Assembly (NCBI GenBank): GCA_904502155.1
Contig: CAJGDV010000002.1
Span: 1 to 37,763, forward strand
Direction: 5' to 3'
Length of the DNA stretch: 37,763 nt
DNA from: an uncultured Bacilli bacterium
GTDB lineage: Bacteria > Bacillota_I > Bacilli_A > RF39 > UBA660
A program made the translations under genes and the position numbers. Positions 19,510 through 27,438 of this stretch are shown here, piece after piece; within the stretch, counting starts at the first letter, position 1, and the number at the start of each line of letters is the position of its first letter. The notes beneath the pieces are model-generated. The model did not search any database, was not told where the DNA came from, and saw only the letters and a program-made list of their open reading frames with translations.

Positions 19510-21814
19510 CTTCGTCACCTCCAATTTCTAATTCAATAATATTGTCATTATTAACATAGCAAATATCTTGATATTTGCAATATAAACATCCTTCATTTAC
19601 TTTTCCTATTTTTTTAGGATTGATATCAAAATCACAATTATTTATTGATAAAATAGCTTTATTAATATTATTTTCAACTATATCAATAAATTCATTAATT
19701 TCTTCTTCTGTAAGAACTTTAGATGAAGACATAAAATCACCATCTTTTTTAAGTTTTAAACTTTTAATATATGAACTTTCTTCAAATTTAGAATCAATTA
19801 ATCCTGCTACTTTAGTATCTTTTAAGGTATAACCATTTAATTTGACATTATCAACAATTTGTTCGTGATATGTTTTTTTAGGATCTTTATTTAATACTTC
19901 TGTCATAATTTGTTGTAAGTACATTCCAGCAAATTTAGGATTTTTAATTAATCCTGAATTTTTAATTAAATATAAATACATTAAAAGTTGCATATCTAGT
20001 CCATGAACAACTTTTTTAAAATCATTATGCATTCCACCAGTTTTATAATCTATAACTATTACATAAGTAGATTCACCATCATTAAGTGTTAATATTTTAT
20101 CAACAAAACCTTTTAATGTTATATCTATATCATTTTCTACTTTTATTTTAAAAGATTGCTCAAAATATGTATTTTCAAATTTTGTTCTTTCATAATTTTC
20201 ATTTAATATTTCAATTAAATCTTTAATAGCTTTTCTGTATTTCTCACTATAAAACTGCTCTTTTTTAGTAAGTCCATTAGGATAAAATTCTAAAATAGCT
20301 TCATCTATTATTGTGTCGTAGTCATTTCTATTTTGGCTATAAGTTTTTTCTAAAACACGATGAAACAAATTACCAATAATTTGGCTTACTGAAGTTTCAA
20401 AACTTGATACACGATAAATATTATCAAGTAAAAATCTAAAACTACATTTATAAAAAGTATTTATATTTGAAAAAGAAAGATTAATTTTATTATTAATTTG
20501 TTTTTTAATTATGTCATAATCTATTTTTTCATAAAGATTTGAATATGTACTATATTCTAAATTTTTATAATTACTATAAAGAGTTGTTAAATCATTAGCT
20601 TTATCATTATAAAGAATAAAATTATCTAATCTTTCTGCAAGTAATAATTTATTAATTTTTTCATTTTTATAATCATATTCACAAGTAGTTTCTTTTAAAT
20701 TATTTAAACTAGTTAAATAATTAGAATACCCAAACTCTTGTTTAGGACTTGATAATTTATAAGATAATATTAAATTTTTAGTCATATTTATAAAATTTGT
20801 TAATGTTCTTACTTCTTCTTCATTTTTATCTTTAGATAATTCAATATTTAATTCTTTTCTTTCTTTATCAAGTAAATAACTATCATCTTTATAAATTTTA
20901 GGTATTATATCTTGATTAAATCCAAGCATAAAAATATATTCGTTATCATTAGGTATATAATTTTTATAATTTATTTCAGTTATTATATCAGTATATTTTT
21001 TTAGTTTTACTGATTTTTGTTTTAATTCATAAATTAAAACATCATATATGTCACCTAAAGTTTCATAGTTAGTATATTTATTAATAATATTTACAAGTTC
21101 ATTATGGATGCTTTCATTTAAATTTAATTTTTCTAATTCATCATTTAAATCAAGTAATTTCGTATTTTTTGGTGTCTCATTTAAGAATTTTTTAATATCA
21201 CTTAAAAAGTATAATTTGTCATTTGGTAAATCATATGGAATATTATAAAAAGTAAATATTCTATTAAATATACCTGTATATGATCCATCTAATGAATTAA
21301 TTTTAATGTTATTAATATCTACACCATCTTCTATTAATTTTTTTATTTTCATGGCTGTACATATTACTTCATCTATTATAGATTCATATTTATATATTAT
21401 AATTTCTTCTTTAGGTTCAATATTATCCATTATAACTTCATAGTTTTTAAATTTAGTGTTGTAACAAATTATTTTTTTATCTTCAATAAATTTTTTAAAA
21501 TTATGATTATATATAATATATCCATTATCTATTAAATCATTTTTAATATTTACTAGATTATTTAATTTAGCACTTTCATATTTTTTATTTTCTATATCAT
21601 ATAAATTTTCAAGTATAACACTTGCTATTTCAGGTATCATATTATATTTGTTTTTCATATACATTAAAATATCAGGTTTATACTGATAATAATATTTTTC
21701 TTTAAATTCATTTAAAGTATAAATTTTAATATTATATTTTAATTTATTTTCTTTTAATATTTTGGTTTTATAATTATTGGTTGTTATTATAATCATATTG
21801 TCTTCTAACTTCAT
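19487..21814 (-). CDS. addB: Helicase-nuclease subunit B (AddB/RexB-like), a short form of 775 aa with an intact nuclease and Fe-S domain
   Basis: The RecB-family nuclease motif is GFVDKIL...VIVIDYKTG. The Fe-S cysteines are FYKCSF and the distal GCLYCKYQDIC. It lies immediately upstream of addA and overlaps it by 23 nt. I place the start at ATG 21814 (MKLEDN), after a GGAGGTAG RBS. The track start at 21829 is a GTG inside that RBS. I see no Walker A motif in the N-terminal region. Confidence 0.8.
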   Translation of the reverse strand: MKLEDNMIIITTNNYKTKILKENKLKYNIKIYTLNEFKEKYYYQYKPDILMYMKNKYNMIPEIASVILENLYDIENKKYESAKLNNLVNIKNDLIDNGYIIYNHNFKKFIEDKKIICYNTKFKNYEVIMDNIEPKEEIIIYKYESIIDEVICTAMKIKKLIEDGVDINNIKINSLDGSYTGIFNRIFTFYNIPYDLPNDKLYFLSDIKKFLNETPKNTKLLDLNDELEKLNLNESIHNELVNIINKYTNYETLGDIYDVLIYELKQKSVKLKKYTDIITEINYKNYIPNDNEYIFMLGFNQDIIPKIYKDDSYLLDKERKELNIELSKDKNEEEVRTLTNFINMTKNLILSYKLSSPKQEFGYSNYLTSLNNLKETTCEYDYKNEKINKLLLAERLDNFILYNDKANDLTTLYSNYKNLEYSTYSNLYEKIDYDIIKKQINNKINLSFSNINTFYKCSFRFLLDNIYRVSSFETSVSQIIGNLFHRVLEKTYSQNRNDYDTIIDEAILEFYPNGLTKKEQFYSEKYRKAIKDLIEILNENYERTKFENTYFEQSFKIKVENDIDITLKGFVDKILTLNDGESTYVIVIDYKTGGMHNDFKKVVHGLDMQLLMYLYLIKNSGLIKNPKFAGMYLQQIMTEVLNKDPKKTYHEQIVDNVKLNGYTLKDTKVAGLIDSKFEESSYIKSLKLKKDGDFMSSSKVLTEEEINEFIDIVENNINKAILSINNCDFDINPKKIGKVNEGCLYCKYQDICYVNNDNIIELEIGGDEDVSESES

Positions 21815-21869
21815 AACTACTACCTCCACACTGATTATACATTAATAACAAAATAAAAAAAATAGTTTC

Positions 21870-22370
21870 CTATTTTTTTATTTTTGTAAATGGCTTAGTA
21901 AAAGTTTTTTCTGGTGGGAATGTATTTTTATATCCTAATTGTTCATTTATAATAGCATCATTTATTTTATTAAGCTCATTTTGTAATTTAGTATAATAAT
22001 TATAATCGATATTCATATTATTTATATTTTCACTATTTTTAATTCCTTTTTTAAGTTCTTCAACTTGTTTTTTATAAGATTTATAATTTACATTTAAAAC
22101 TGCTGTTCCAGCTAAAACACCTGCAAGTGAAAGCAATAAAGGAATGCATTTAACTAAGTAAATTAATGTAGCTCCTGATGCTAAAATTATCATAGGTATA
22201 ATAATCAAGCATAAATATGCTAATTCTTTTCTTAATCTTTTTATTTCTGCTCTATTTTTTTCAATTGTATTTATACTATTTGTTTTCATTTGAATATCAT
22301 TATTATATTTTAATATTTCTTGTTCTAGTTTTTGCTTTTTTGCATTTAATTCTTCTAATTTGTTATTCAT
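21870..22370 (-). CDS. Coiled-coil membrane protein (166 aa, 2 TM segments), function unknown
   Basis: GAGGG RBS. It has an N-terminal coiled coil (LEELNAKKQKLEQEILKYNNDIQ), two hydrophobic helices and a C-terminal coiled coil. Confidence 0.55.
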   Translation of the reverse strand: MNNKLEELNAKKQKLEQEILKYNNDIQMKTNSINTIEKNRAEIKRLRKELAYLCLIIIPMIILASGATLIYLVKCIPLLLSLAGVLAGTAVLNVNYKSYKKQVEELKKGIKNSENINNMNIDYNYYTKLQNELNKINDAIINEQLGYKNTFPPEKTFTKPFTKIKK

Positions 22371-22403
22371 TTTATCCCTCGTTTCAAGAAAATTATACCT
22401 TAA

Positions 22404-22646
22404 TTAAATCATTTTATCAATATTTTTAGGAACTTCATCATTGATAACAGCTTTTATGATTTTATTTTCTTTTTCTTCTGATACTTCTTTTCCTGTTACG
22501 TTACTTAATTCTCTTATTACTTCTCTTAAAGTATTTTCATTTTTTAGGTCATTTTTTTGTAGTTTTTCAGCAAGTTTTAGTATTGTATCTTTATTCACGC
22601 TCGTTTTCTTTTCAATTTTTTTAAAAAAATTATCTGAAAAATTCAT
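22404..22646 (-). CDS. spoVIF: Stage VI sporulation protein F (SpoVIF/YjcC)-like small protein
   Basis: 80 aa with a GGAGG RBS. The sequence FFKKIEKKTSVNKDTILKLAEKLQKNDLKNENTLREVIRELSNVTGKEVSEEKENKII matches my recollection of the SpoVIF family pattern. A profile search is needed to confirm this. Confidence 0.55.
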   Translation of the reverse strand: MNFSDNFFKKIEKKTSVNKDTILKLAEKLQKNDLKNENTLREVIRELSNVTGKEVSEEKENKIIKAVINDEVPKNIDKMI

Positions 22647-22670
22647 AACTACCTCCTAAAATAATATATG

Positions 22671-22700
22671 AAAAAAAGAAGATATTATCTTCTTTTTTTT
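22671..22700 (-). terminator. Hairpin terminator after the 83-aa coiled-coil gene
   Basis: aaaaaaagaagat-att-atcttctttttttt. The stem runs from 22676 to 22694, with A- and T-tracts on both sides. It spans the stop codon at 22685-22687. Confidence 0.6.
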
Positions 22701-22936
22701 CTTTCATTAATGAATGTAACAGGATCAAAATCAAGACCCATAGATAATAATGCGATTTCATTAACTACTTCAGTTTTAAGACTTTTTAATTGTTTTAGTT
22801 GTCTTTCAAATCTTTTTCTAGTTGATTCATCTTTTACATAATTTAGTCTTTGTTCTAATTTTTCAATTTCCTTATTTAATACCATAAGTTTATCTCTTAA
22901 AACAATTAATCTTCCAAAATCTTTGTTACCACTCAT
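22685..22936 (-). CDS. Small coiled-coil protein (83 aa), function unknown
   Basis: Strong GGAGGAG RBS. The sequence has a heptad-like charged pattern (LMVLNKEIEKLEQRLNYVKDESTRKRFERQLKQLKSLKTEV). Confidence 0.55.
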   Translation of the reverse strand: MSGNKDFGRLIVLRDKLMVLNKEIEKLEQRLNYVKDESTRKRFERQLKQLKSLKTEVVNEIALLSMGLDFDPVTFINERKKRR

Positions 22937-22990
22937 ATAGTCTCCTCCTTTTATATATATTATACAAACAAGAAAAATTTTATTATATTA

Positions 22991-23665
22991 TTAAAGCATT
23001 TTTTGTTTGTAACCGCCTAAAATATTATCACATACTTTTATTGCCGCATCTGTTTTGTCTAATTTTGTTGTGTCCAACATATAAGTATCTTTAATAATAT
23101 CATATAATGGCATCATGCCTTTTGTCAATGCTTCATTATAATTTTTTATATTTTCAGGAAACAAATCAAAATTTGGTTCAAGTGCTAAAGTATTGAAATA
23201 TTTTCTTTTAGCAGCAACCATAGGGTCACATCTCATAACAACAATTTTATCAATATCTTTTAAAAATTTTCTACATGCTAAATAGAAATTTTTATTATTT
23301 CCTTCACAATTAACTATGTACTTGATATATCCATCTAATACACCACGATTTATAAATACTAAATCATGATTTTTAGCTATGTACATAATTTTTTCCATTT
23401 CTTTAATTGTATTATTATTTTCTTTGATGTTTACTACATCATAGCCATAATTTTTAAAGAAATCTGTCATCATTGTAATAGTTGTATCAATACCAGCATT
23501 AGGTGTTCCTGCAAAATCTATAATATATGGTTTGCAGTAATTTTTTTCATTTTTTAATTCCATAAGGTGTACTTTCTTTTTGTGTAAGTCTTCTAGTTGT
23601 CTTAAACGATCTAAATCGCTAGCATAAATATCGATCAATTTGTCATATTTTTGCTTGTCGTACAT
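22991..23665 (-). CDS. P-loop-kinase-like protein with a degenerate Walker A motif (224 aa), function unknown
   Basis: I place the start at ATG 23665 (MYDKQKYDKL), after a strong AAAGGAGG RBS. The track start at 23698 lies inside the predicted promoter. IIDFAGTPNAGIDTT occupies the position of a GxxxxGK[ST] P-loop, but the Lys is replaced by Ile. Confidence 0.55.
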   Translation of the reverse strand: MYDKQKYDKLIDIYASDLDRLRQLEDLHKKKVHLMELKNEKNYCKPYIIDFAGTPNAGIDTTITMMTDFFKNYGYDVVNIKENNNTIKEMEKIMYIAKNHDLVFINRGVLDGYIKYIVNCEGNNKNFYLACRKFLKDIDKIVVMRCDPMVAAKRKYFNTLALEPNFDLFPENIKNYNEALTKGMMPLYDIIKDTYMLDTTKLDKTDAAIKVCDNILGGYKQKML

Positions 23666-23689
23666 ATTTAAAACCTCCTTTGCTGAGGT

Positions 23690-23763
23690 ATTATACATTA
23701 TTTACGCAAATTTGACAAATTTTTAAAATAGTAATTGTATTCTAATTTTAAAATAAGTATAAT
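23690..23763. promoter_or_regulatory. Divergent promoter region
   Basis: The minus-strand promoter reads TTGTCA (23718-23713), a 17-nt spacer, then TATAAT (23695-23690), and serves the 224-aa gene. The plus-strand promoter reads TTGTAT (23735-23740), a 17-nt spacer, then TATAAT (23758-23763), and serves the 23789 gene. A plus-strand TTGACA at 23712-23717 overlaps the minus-strand -35 box. Confidence 0.5.
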
Positions 23764-23788
23764 TATATATATAAGGTATGGTGAAAAT

Positions 23789-24451
23789 ATGGCAAAAACA
23801 GTTAAAAGAATCAAGCCTAAAATTATTTTTAAATTTAAATTAATCATTGCATGTTTTATACTTATTGTTCTTGTATCTTTTGTAAGTAATACATTCTCAA
23901 AATATGTTTCAAGTTCCCAAGGAGATTTAACAGTTTCTTTTGCCAAATGGCAAATATTAGTAAATAATTTAGATATTACTGAAGAGGCAAATTCAAAAAT
24001 TGTTTTTGTTCCAGTTGTTAAAGCTAATGAAGATGTTAATGAGAATGCTGTTGCTCCTTCAACAGAAGGATATTTTGATATTAAAATTGATCCAAGTAAT
24101 GTAGGTCTTTCTTTTAGATATGATATAGATTTTGAAATAGAAAATAAAGATATTCCGGATTTGATGATATCAAAATATGCTATAATTCCAAATGACTTTC
24201 AGGAAGGTGTTGATGGAATAACTTATACTACATTAGATTCTAATGTTGTTTCAAATGAAATGATTTTTGATAAAAAAACTGAAAATTTTCAATTTGAACC
24301 TTTTACTGTTCGCTTATGGTTTGAATGGTATGAAGGCGAAGGAGAACAAATGCTTGATGAAGATGATGCTATAATTGGTTCTGTTGCAGCTTTAGAAACC
24401 ACAAAATTTAGAATGATAGCAAATGTAAAATTTGAACAAATAATGAAATAA
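23789..24451 (+). CDS. Secreted or signal-anchored TasA/camelysin-like protein (220 aa); the only plus-strand gene in the window
   Basis: The ATG at 23789 follows a GGTGA RBS (aaggtatGGTGAaaatATG). The N-terminus is basic, then hydrophobic, then carries the motif NTFSKYVSS. Downstream, APSTEGYFDIKIDPSNVGLSFRYDI resembles the PG/beta-sandwich segment of TasA-family proteins. The track start at 23735 has no RBS. Confidence 0.65.
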   Translation: MAKTVKRIKPKIIFKFKLIIACFILIVLVSFVSNTFSKYVSSSQGDLTVSFAKWQILVNNLDITEEANSKIVFVPVVKANEDVNENAVAPSTEGYFDIKIDPSNVGLSFRYDIDFEIENKDIPDLMISKYAIIPNDFQEGVDGITYTTLDSNVVSNEMIFDKKTENFQFEPFTVRLWFEWYEGEGEQMLDEDDAIIGSVAALETTKFRMIANVKFEQIMK

Positions 24452-24484
24452 AAAAAACGCTTTAAGAAATTAAGGCGTTTTTTT
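24451..24484. terminator. Bidirectional rho-independent terminator between convergent genes
   Basis: AAAAAAACGCTTTAA-GAAA-TTAAGGCGTTTTTTT is flanked by an A-tract and a T-tract. It also contains the stop codon of the minus-strand 409-aa gene. Confidence 0.8.
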
Positions 24485-25691
24485 CAGCTTCAATTATTGG
24501 AATGATTTTGCATTGACTTTCGTTTGAAACTTTATAAATTTTAGATGTATTTTCATCATTTGGACCAATTGCAAAACCACCATCTTCGCCATATGGCATA
24601 TTAGTCCATATACATGTATCAGCTTTTAAGAAACTAAATTTACTATTTAAATATTTATAATAAGCTTCTTTATCGATCACATCAGCTATTTGGATTTCCA
24701 TTCGATTTAAATTTTCATTTTTATAATCAACATATCCTAGAATTTTATCAGAATAGCCTTCTCTAACAACAAAAGTATTACTTATATCCTTAGATATTGC
24801 TGATATAAATTTAGTTAAATCAAGTGGTTTAAATTCAGTATTATTTAATGTTTCTATTACTGATTCATAAGTAGTAAAATTTGTTTCTCCAAAATTCGAA
24901 TTAAAATCTGGAATTAATGTTACAGTTTCATCACTTCTTAAATTTAATTTATCAATTACATATGTTTTAATACATGTACCTTTCATTTCGGTGCATTTTT
25001 GTTTTGTAGTTGTATCATATAGTATTTCTTGACCCAAATCAAATCTAGAATCTGGAACATTAAGCTGAGAATCTACCATTTGTTCTGCAGTTAATTTAAT
25101 TACAACTTCGATTGGAGATTTAACTTTATAATCAGAATTTTCCGCTTTAGCAGCTTCCGATACTAAGAAATTATATGCATTTGTTCCCCATAAACTATCT
25201 AAATCGTCATCACCTGAATCAAAAGGCCATGCTACAGATACTTCTAAACTTGATTCGCCACCTTTTTTAAGAACATATTCTTTATCAAGTGCTGCATTAA
25301 TTTGAAATGGGTAATTATTTGCTAATGCATCCTCTACTTCTTTTGAAGTTAATGTATCACTTACAACATAATTGTCTTCTTCTTTATCTAGAATTCTTGC
25401 TGAAACAATTGAATATTTTATTAATGCATCACTATCCCCAGAGTTTTTAATATTTATTATTTCACTCATTGTTTCCATTCCAGGAGAAATTTCAGGGAGA
25501 GTAATTGTAATATTTTTGGATGTTGTATCTTTATCTATTTCGATGCTCCATGCTCTAATATCAATTTTTGTTGCAACATCTGATAAACCAGAATAAGCAA
25601 ACCAAGCTAGAGTTCCAGATATAAAGGAAACTGCTATAAAAAATAGTGACATTATATTTGCTTTTATAAAAGCCTTATGTCTACGTTTCAT
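24462..25691 (-). CDS. Secreted TasA/camelysin-like protein with a C-terminal extension (409 aa)
   Basis: GGAGGTG RBS. The signal MKRRHKAFIKANIMSLFFIAVSFISGTLAWFAYSG resembles the SipW-cognate GT(F/L)A(F/W)F signal of TasA. EISPGMETMSEIINIKNSGDSDALIKYSI resembles the LKPGD...N.G segment of TasA and camelysin. Confidence 0.65.
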   Translation of the reverse strand: MKRRHKAFIKANIMSLFFIAVSFISGTLAWFAYSGLSDVATKIDIRAWSIEIDKDTTSKNITITLPEISPGMETMSEIINIKNSGDSDALIKYSIVSARILDKEEDNYVVSDTLTSKEVEDALANNYPFQINAALDKEYVLKKGGESSLEVSVAWPFDSGDDDLDSLWGTNAYNFLVSEAAKAENSDYKVKSPIEVVIKLTAEQMVDSQLNVPDSRFDLGQEILYDTTTKQKCTEMKGTCIKTYVIDKLNLRSDETVTLIPDFNSNFGETNFTTYESVIETLNNTEFKPLDLTKFISAISKDISNTFVVREGYSDKILGYVDYKNENLNRMEIQIADVIDKEAYYKYLNSKFSFLKADTCIWTNMPYGEDGGFAIGPNDENTSKIYKVSNESQCKIIPIIEAEKNALIS

Positions 25692-25709
25692 TTATATCAC
25701 CTCCAATAT

Positions 25710-26285
25710 CTATTTATTTGCTCTTGCTCTTCTTTTTTCTTCTTCCGATTCTAAAAGTGTTGCTATAATTTCAGTAGCTATAATTACCATTAAAGGTAAT
25801 ATAACACATAATAACATTCCTAATTTAGATGAAATAGTTTTATATACAAACGATAATATATTTGCTTTATATACTACTTTTCCATATAATTGTTTTTCAT
25901 TTACAATTGGATCTTGAACTAAATTAGCAATTCCTTTAGTGTGAAATAATAATTCACCAGTTTCATTTTTTTCAATATTTATAACTTCATGAGTTACAAT
26001 TTTTCCATTAAAGTTACCTTCAGCCCCTAAATAACTAACTGTATCACCAATTTCTATTGTTTCTGGATCAACGTCTTTTGATATAAGCACATCACCAATA
26101 TTATATTTTGGTTCCATACTTCCTGTAACTACAGTAAATAATCTATAGTTTAAAAGTGCCATTTTATTATCTGTAAATCTTTGTAAGCATACTGCTAATA
26201 CAAAACATGCTAATGCAATAACAAGTAATGTATTTAAAACACCTTTTACTAGATTAAATATTTTTTTAAATTTTCTTTTTTTCAT
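25710..26285 (-). CDS. sipW: SipW-type (ER/archaeal-type, S26B) signal peptidase I, compact form (191 aa)
   Basis: It has an N-terminal TM segment, the catalytic Ser box VVTGSMEPKYNIGDVLIS, the His box IVTHEV and the box-E-like TKGIANLVQDP (canonical form TKGDNN..D). A C-terminal TM segment is followed by a short charged tail (ESEEEKRRARANK). Confidence 0.8.
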   Translation of the reverse strand: MKKRKFKKIFNLVKGVLNTLLVIALACFVLAVCLQRFTDNKMALLNYRLFTVVTGSMEPKYNIGDVLISKDVDPETIEIGDTVSYLGAEGNFNGKIVTHEVINIEKNETGELLFHTKGIANLVQDPIVNEKQLYGKVVYKANILSFVYKTISSKLGMLLCVILPLMVIIATEIIATLLESEEEKRRARANK

Positions 26286-26291
26286 ACTACT

Positions 26292-27422
26292 CTACAAATA
26301 ATCTTGTGTCCTTTCTATATATTCATCCATTGCATCTCTAAATTTATTTTTAACGTCTTTTTGACCAATAGATTCTTTATTTTTCATAGCTTCAATTTCT
26401 TTAGAGAATAGTTGTAAAAGTTCTTCATCTGTAATTTTAATTCCTAGTTTAAATAATAATGATACTATTCTTCTAATTTCTTGTGTTATTAAAACGCCAG
26501 CTGTTTTTTTAAGATTTTCTTTTTGCTCTGATTTCTTTTTACTAATACAATTTAATGTTAAATAATCAATCATGAATGAATGATTTAATAAATCTCTAAT
26601 AATATCATCGCCATCAGATTCTACTCCTTCTTCTGGTTCAGCATCACTCATATCATATTTTGAAAGATATACCCATAACTTCATTGCAACTTGGAAATTA
26701 GGATTTTTAAGTATTACGTTTGTCTTAGTAATTGGAGGTTTTACAAATGCTGCACGTTCTTTTTTTAGACCTGTACAAAATTCACTTCTTCTCCAAATTG
26801 ACATATATTTTTTGATTTTTTCAATTCGAGGTAAGATTTCTTCGATTTGTTTTCTAAATTTTTCTGCCCCTTCTCCTTGAAGATCTTCGATGGCATTAAT
26901 TTTAAATTCAATTCCAAATCTACCTGCATTACTATTTGATTTCCCACTATACTCTAGTGTTTTTTCATTTTTAATTTCAAAGTTTTCTAACTCTTCAATT
27001 CTTTGTCTAACAAATCTTTCTAGTTTATCTAGTAAAGTATATGCTACACGATTTTCGTATGTATTGAAGGTGTCTATCCCTCTAATATTAAGTAATTTAG
27101 AGGGAATAACATCTCCAGTCTTTTCATCTACTCTATCAATATAAAATGTATGTCTTGATAAATCTTTAACTGTTTCTACAGTTGTTTTTTTTGCTTTTTC
27201 AATTTTTTCTACATTAGCTTCTGTAATTAAGGCTAGTTTAGGATTTCTTACAATATTATCTAAATATGGTAAAGCATCTTCAACTATTTGTACCCATTCA
27301 AAATCTAATGTATCTCCTGATAAAACCGAATCAAAATGCATTTCACTTTCGATTTTACTCATAAATGCTTCACATCTAGCATTAACATCTTTATCTAATA
27401 TTTCGCTTAAAATTTTTGTCAT
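26292..27422 (-). CDS. McrC N-terminal-like (DUF2357-like) protein with no recognisable PD-(D/E)xK nuclease domain (376 aa)
   Basis: It lies 16 nt downstream of the McrB-like gene. The stretch W..IVEDALPYLDNIVRNPKLALITEANVEKIEKAKKTTVETVKDLSRHT....IDTFNTYENRVAYTLLDKL matches my recollection of the N-terminal region of McrC-like/DUF2357 proteins (P..L......v.......rh......DT.ENRF). The C-terminal half is helical and charged, with no D...(D/E)xK pattern that I can see. Confidence 0.5.
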   Translation of the reverse strand: MTKILSEILDKDVNARCEAFMSKIESEMHFDSVLSGDTLDFEWVQIVEDALPYLDNIVRNPKLALITEANVEKIEKAKKTTVETVKDLSRHTFYIDRVDEKTGDVIPSKLLNIRGIDTFNTYENRVAYTLLDKLERFVRQRIEELENFEIKNEKTLEYSGKSNSNAGRFGIEFKINAIEDLQGEGAEKFRKQIEEILPRIEKIKKYMSIWRRSEFCTGLKKERAAFVKPPITKTNVILKNPNFQVAMKLWVYLSKYDMSDAEPEEGVESDGDDIIRDLLNHSFMIDYLTLNCISKKKSEQKENLKKTAGVLITQEIRRIVSLLFKLGIKITDEELLQLFSKEIEAMKNKESIGQKDVKNKFRDAMDEYIERTQDYL

Positions 27423-27438
27423 ATGTTGTTACCACTTT

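Noticed and set aside
23698-23946. An 82-aa minus-strand ORF whose stop appears to overlap (TAATG) the track start of the next gene, suggesting translational coupling.
   Set aside because: The downstream gene almost certainly starts at 23665, after a strong AAAGGAGG RBS. The ATG at 23698 lies inside the predicted -10/-35 interval of that gene's promoter. The ORF has no RBS of its own. It also overlaps the promoter and the first 158 nt of the well-supported plus-strand gene. Its hydrophobic stretch is simply the antisense image of that gene's AT-rich signal peptide.
26765-26947. A 60-aa minus-strand ORF nested out of frame inside the McrC-like gene.
   Set aside because: It is an alternative frame inside a longer and better-supported ORF. 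It has no RBS and a Lys/Leu-rich low-complexity sequence.
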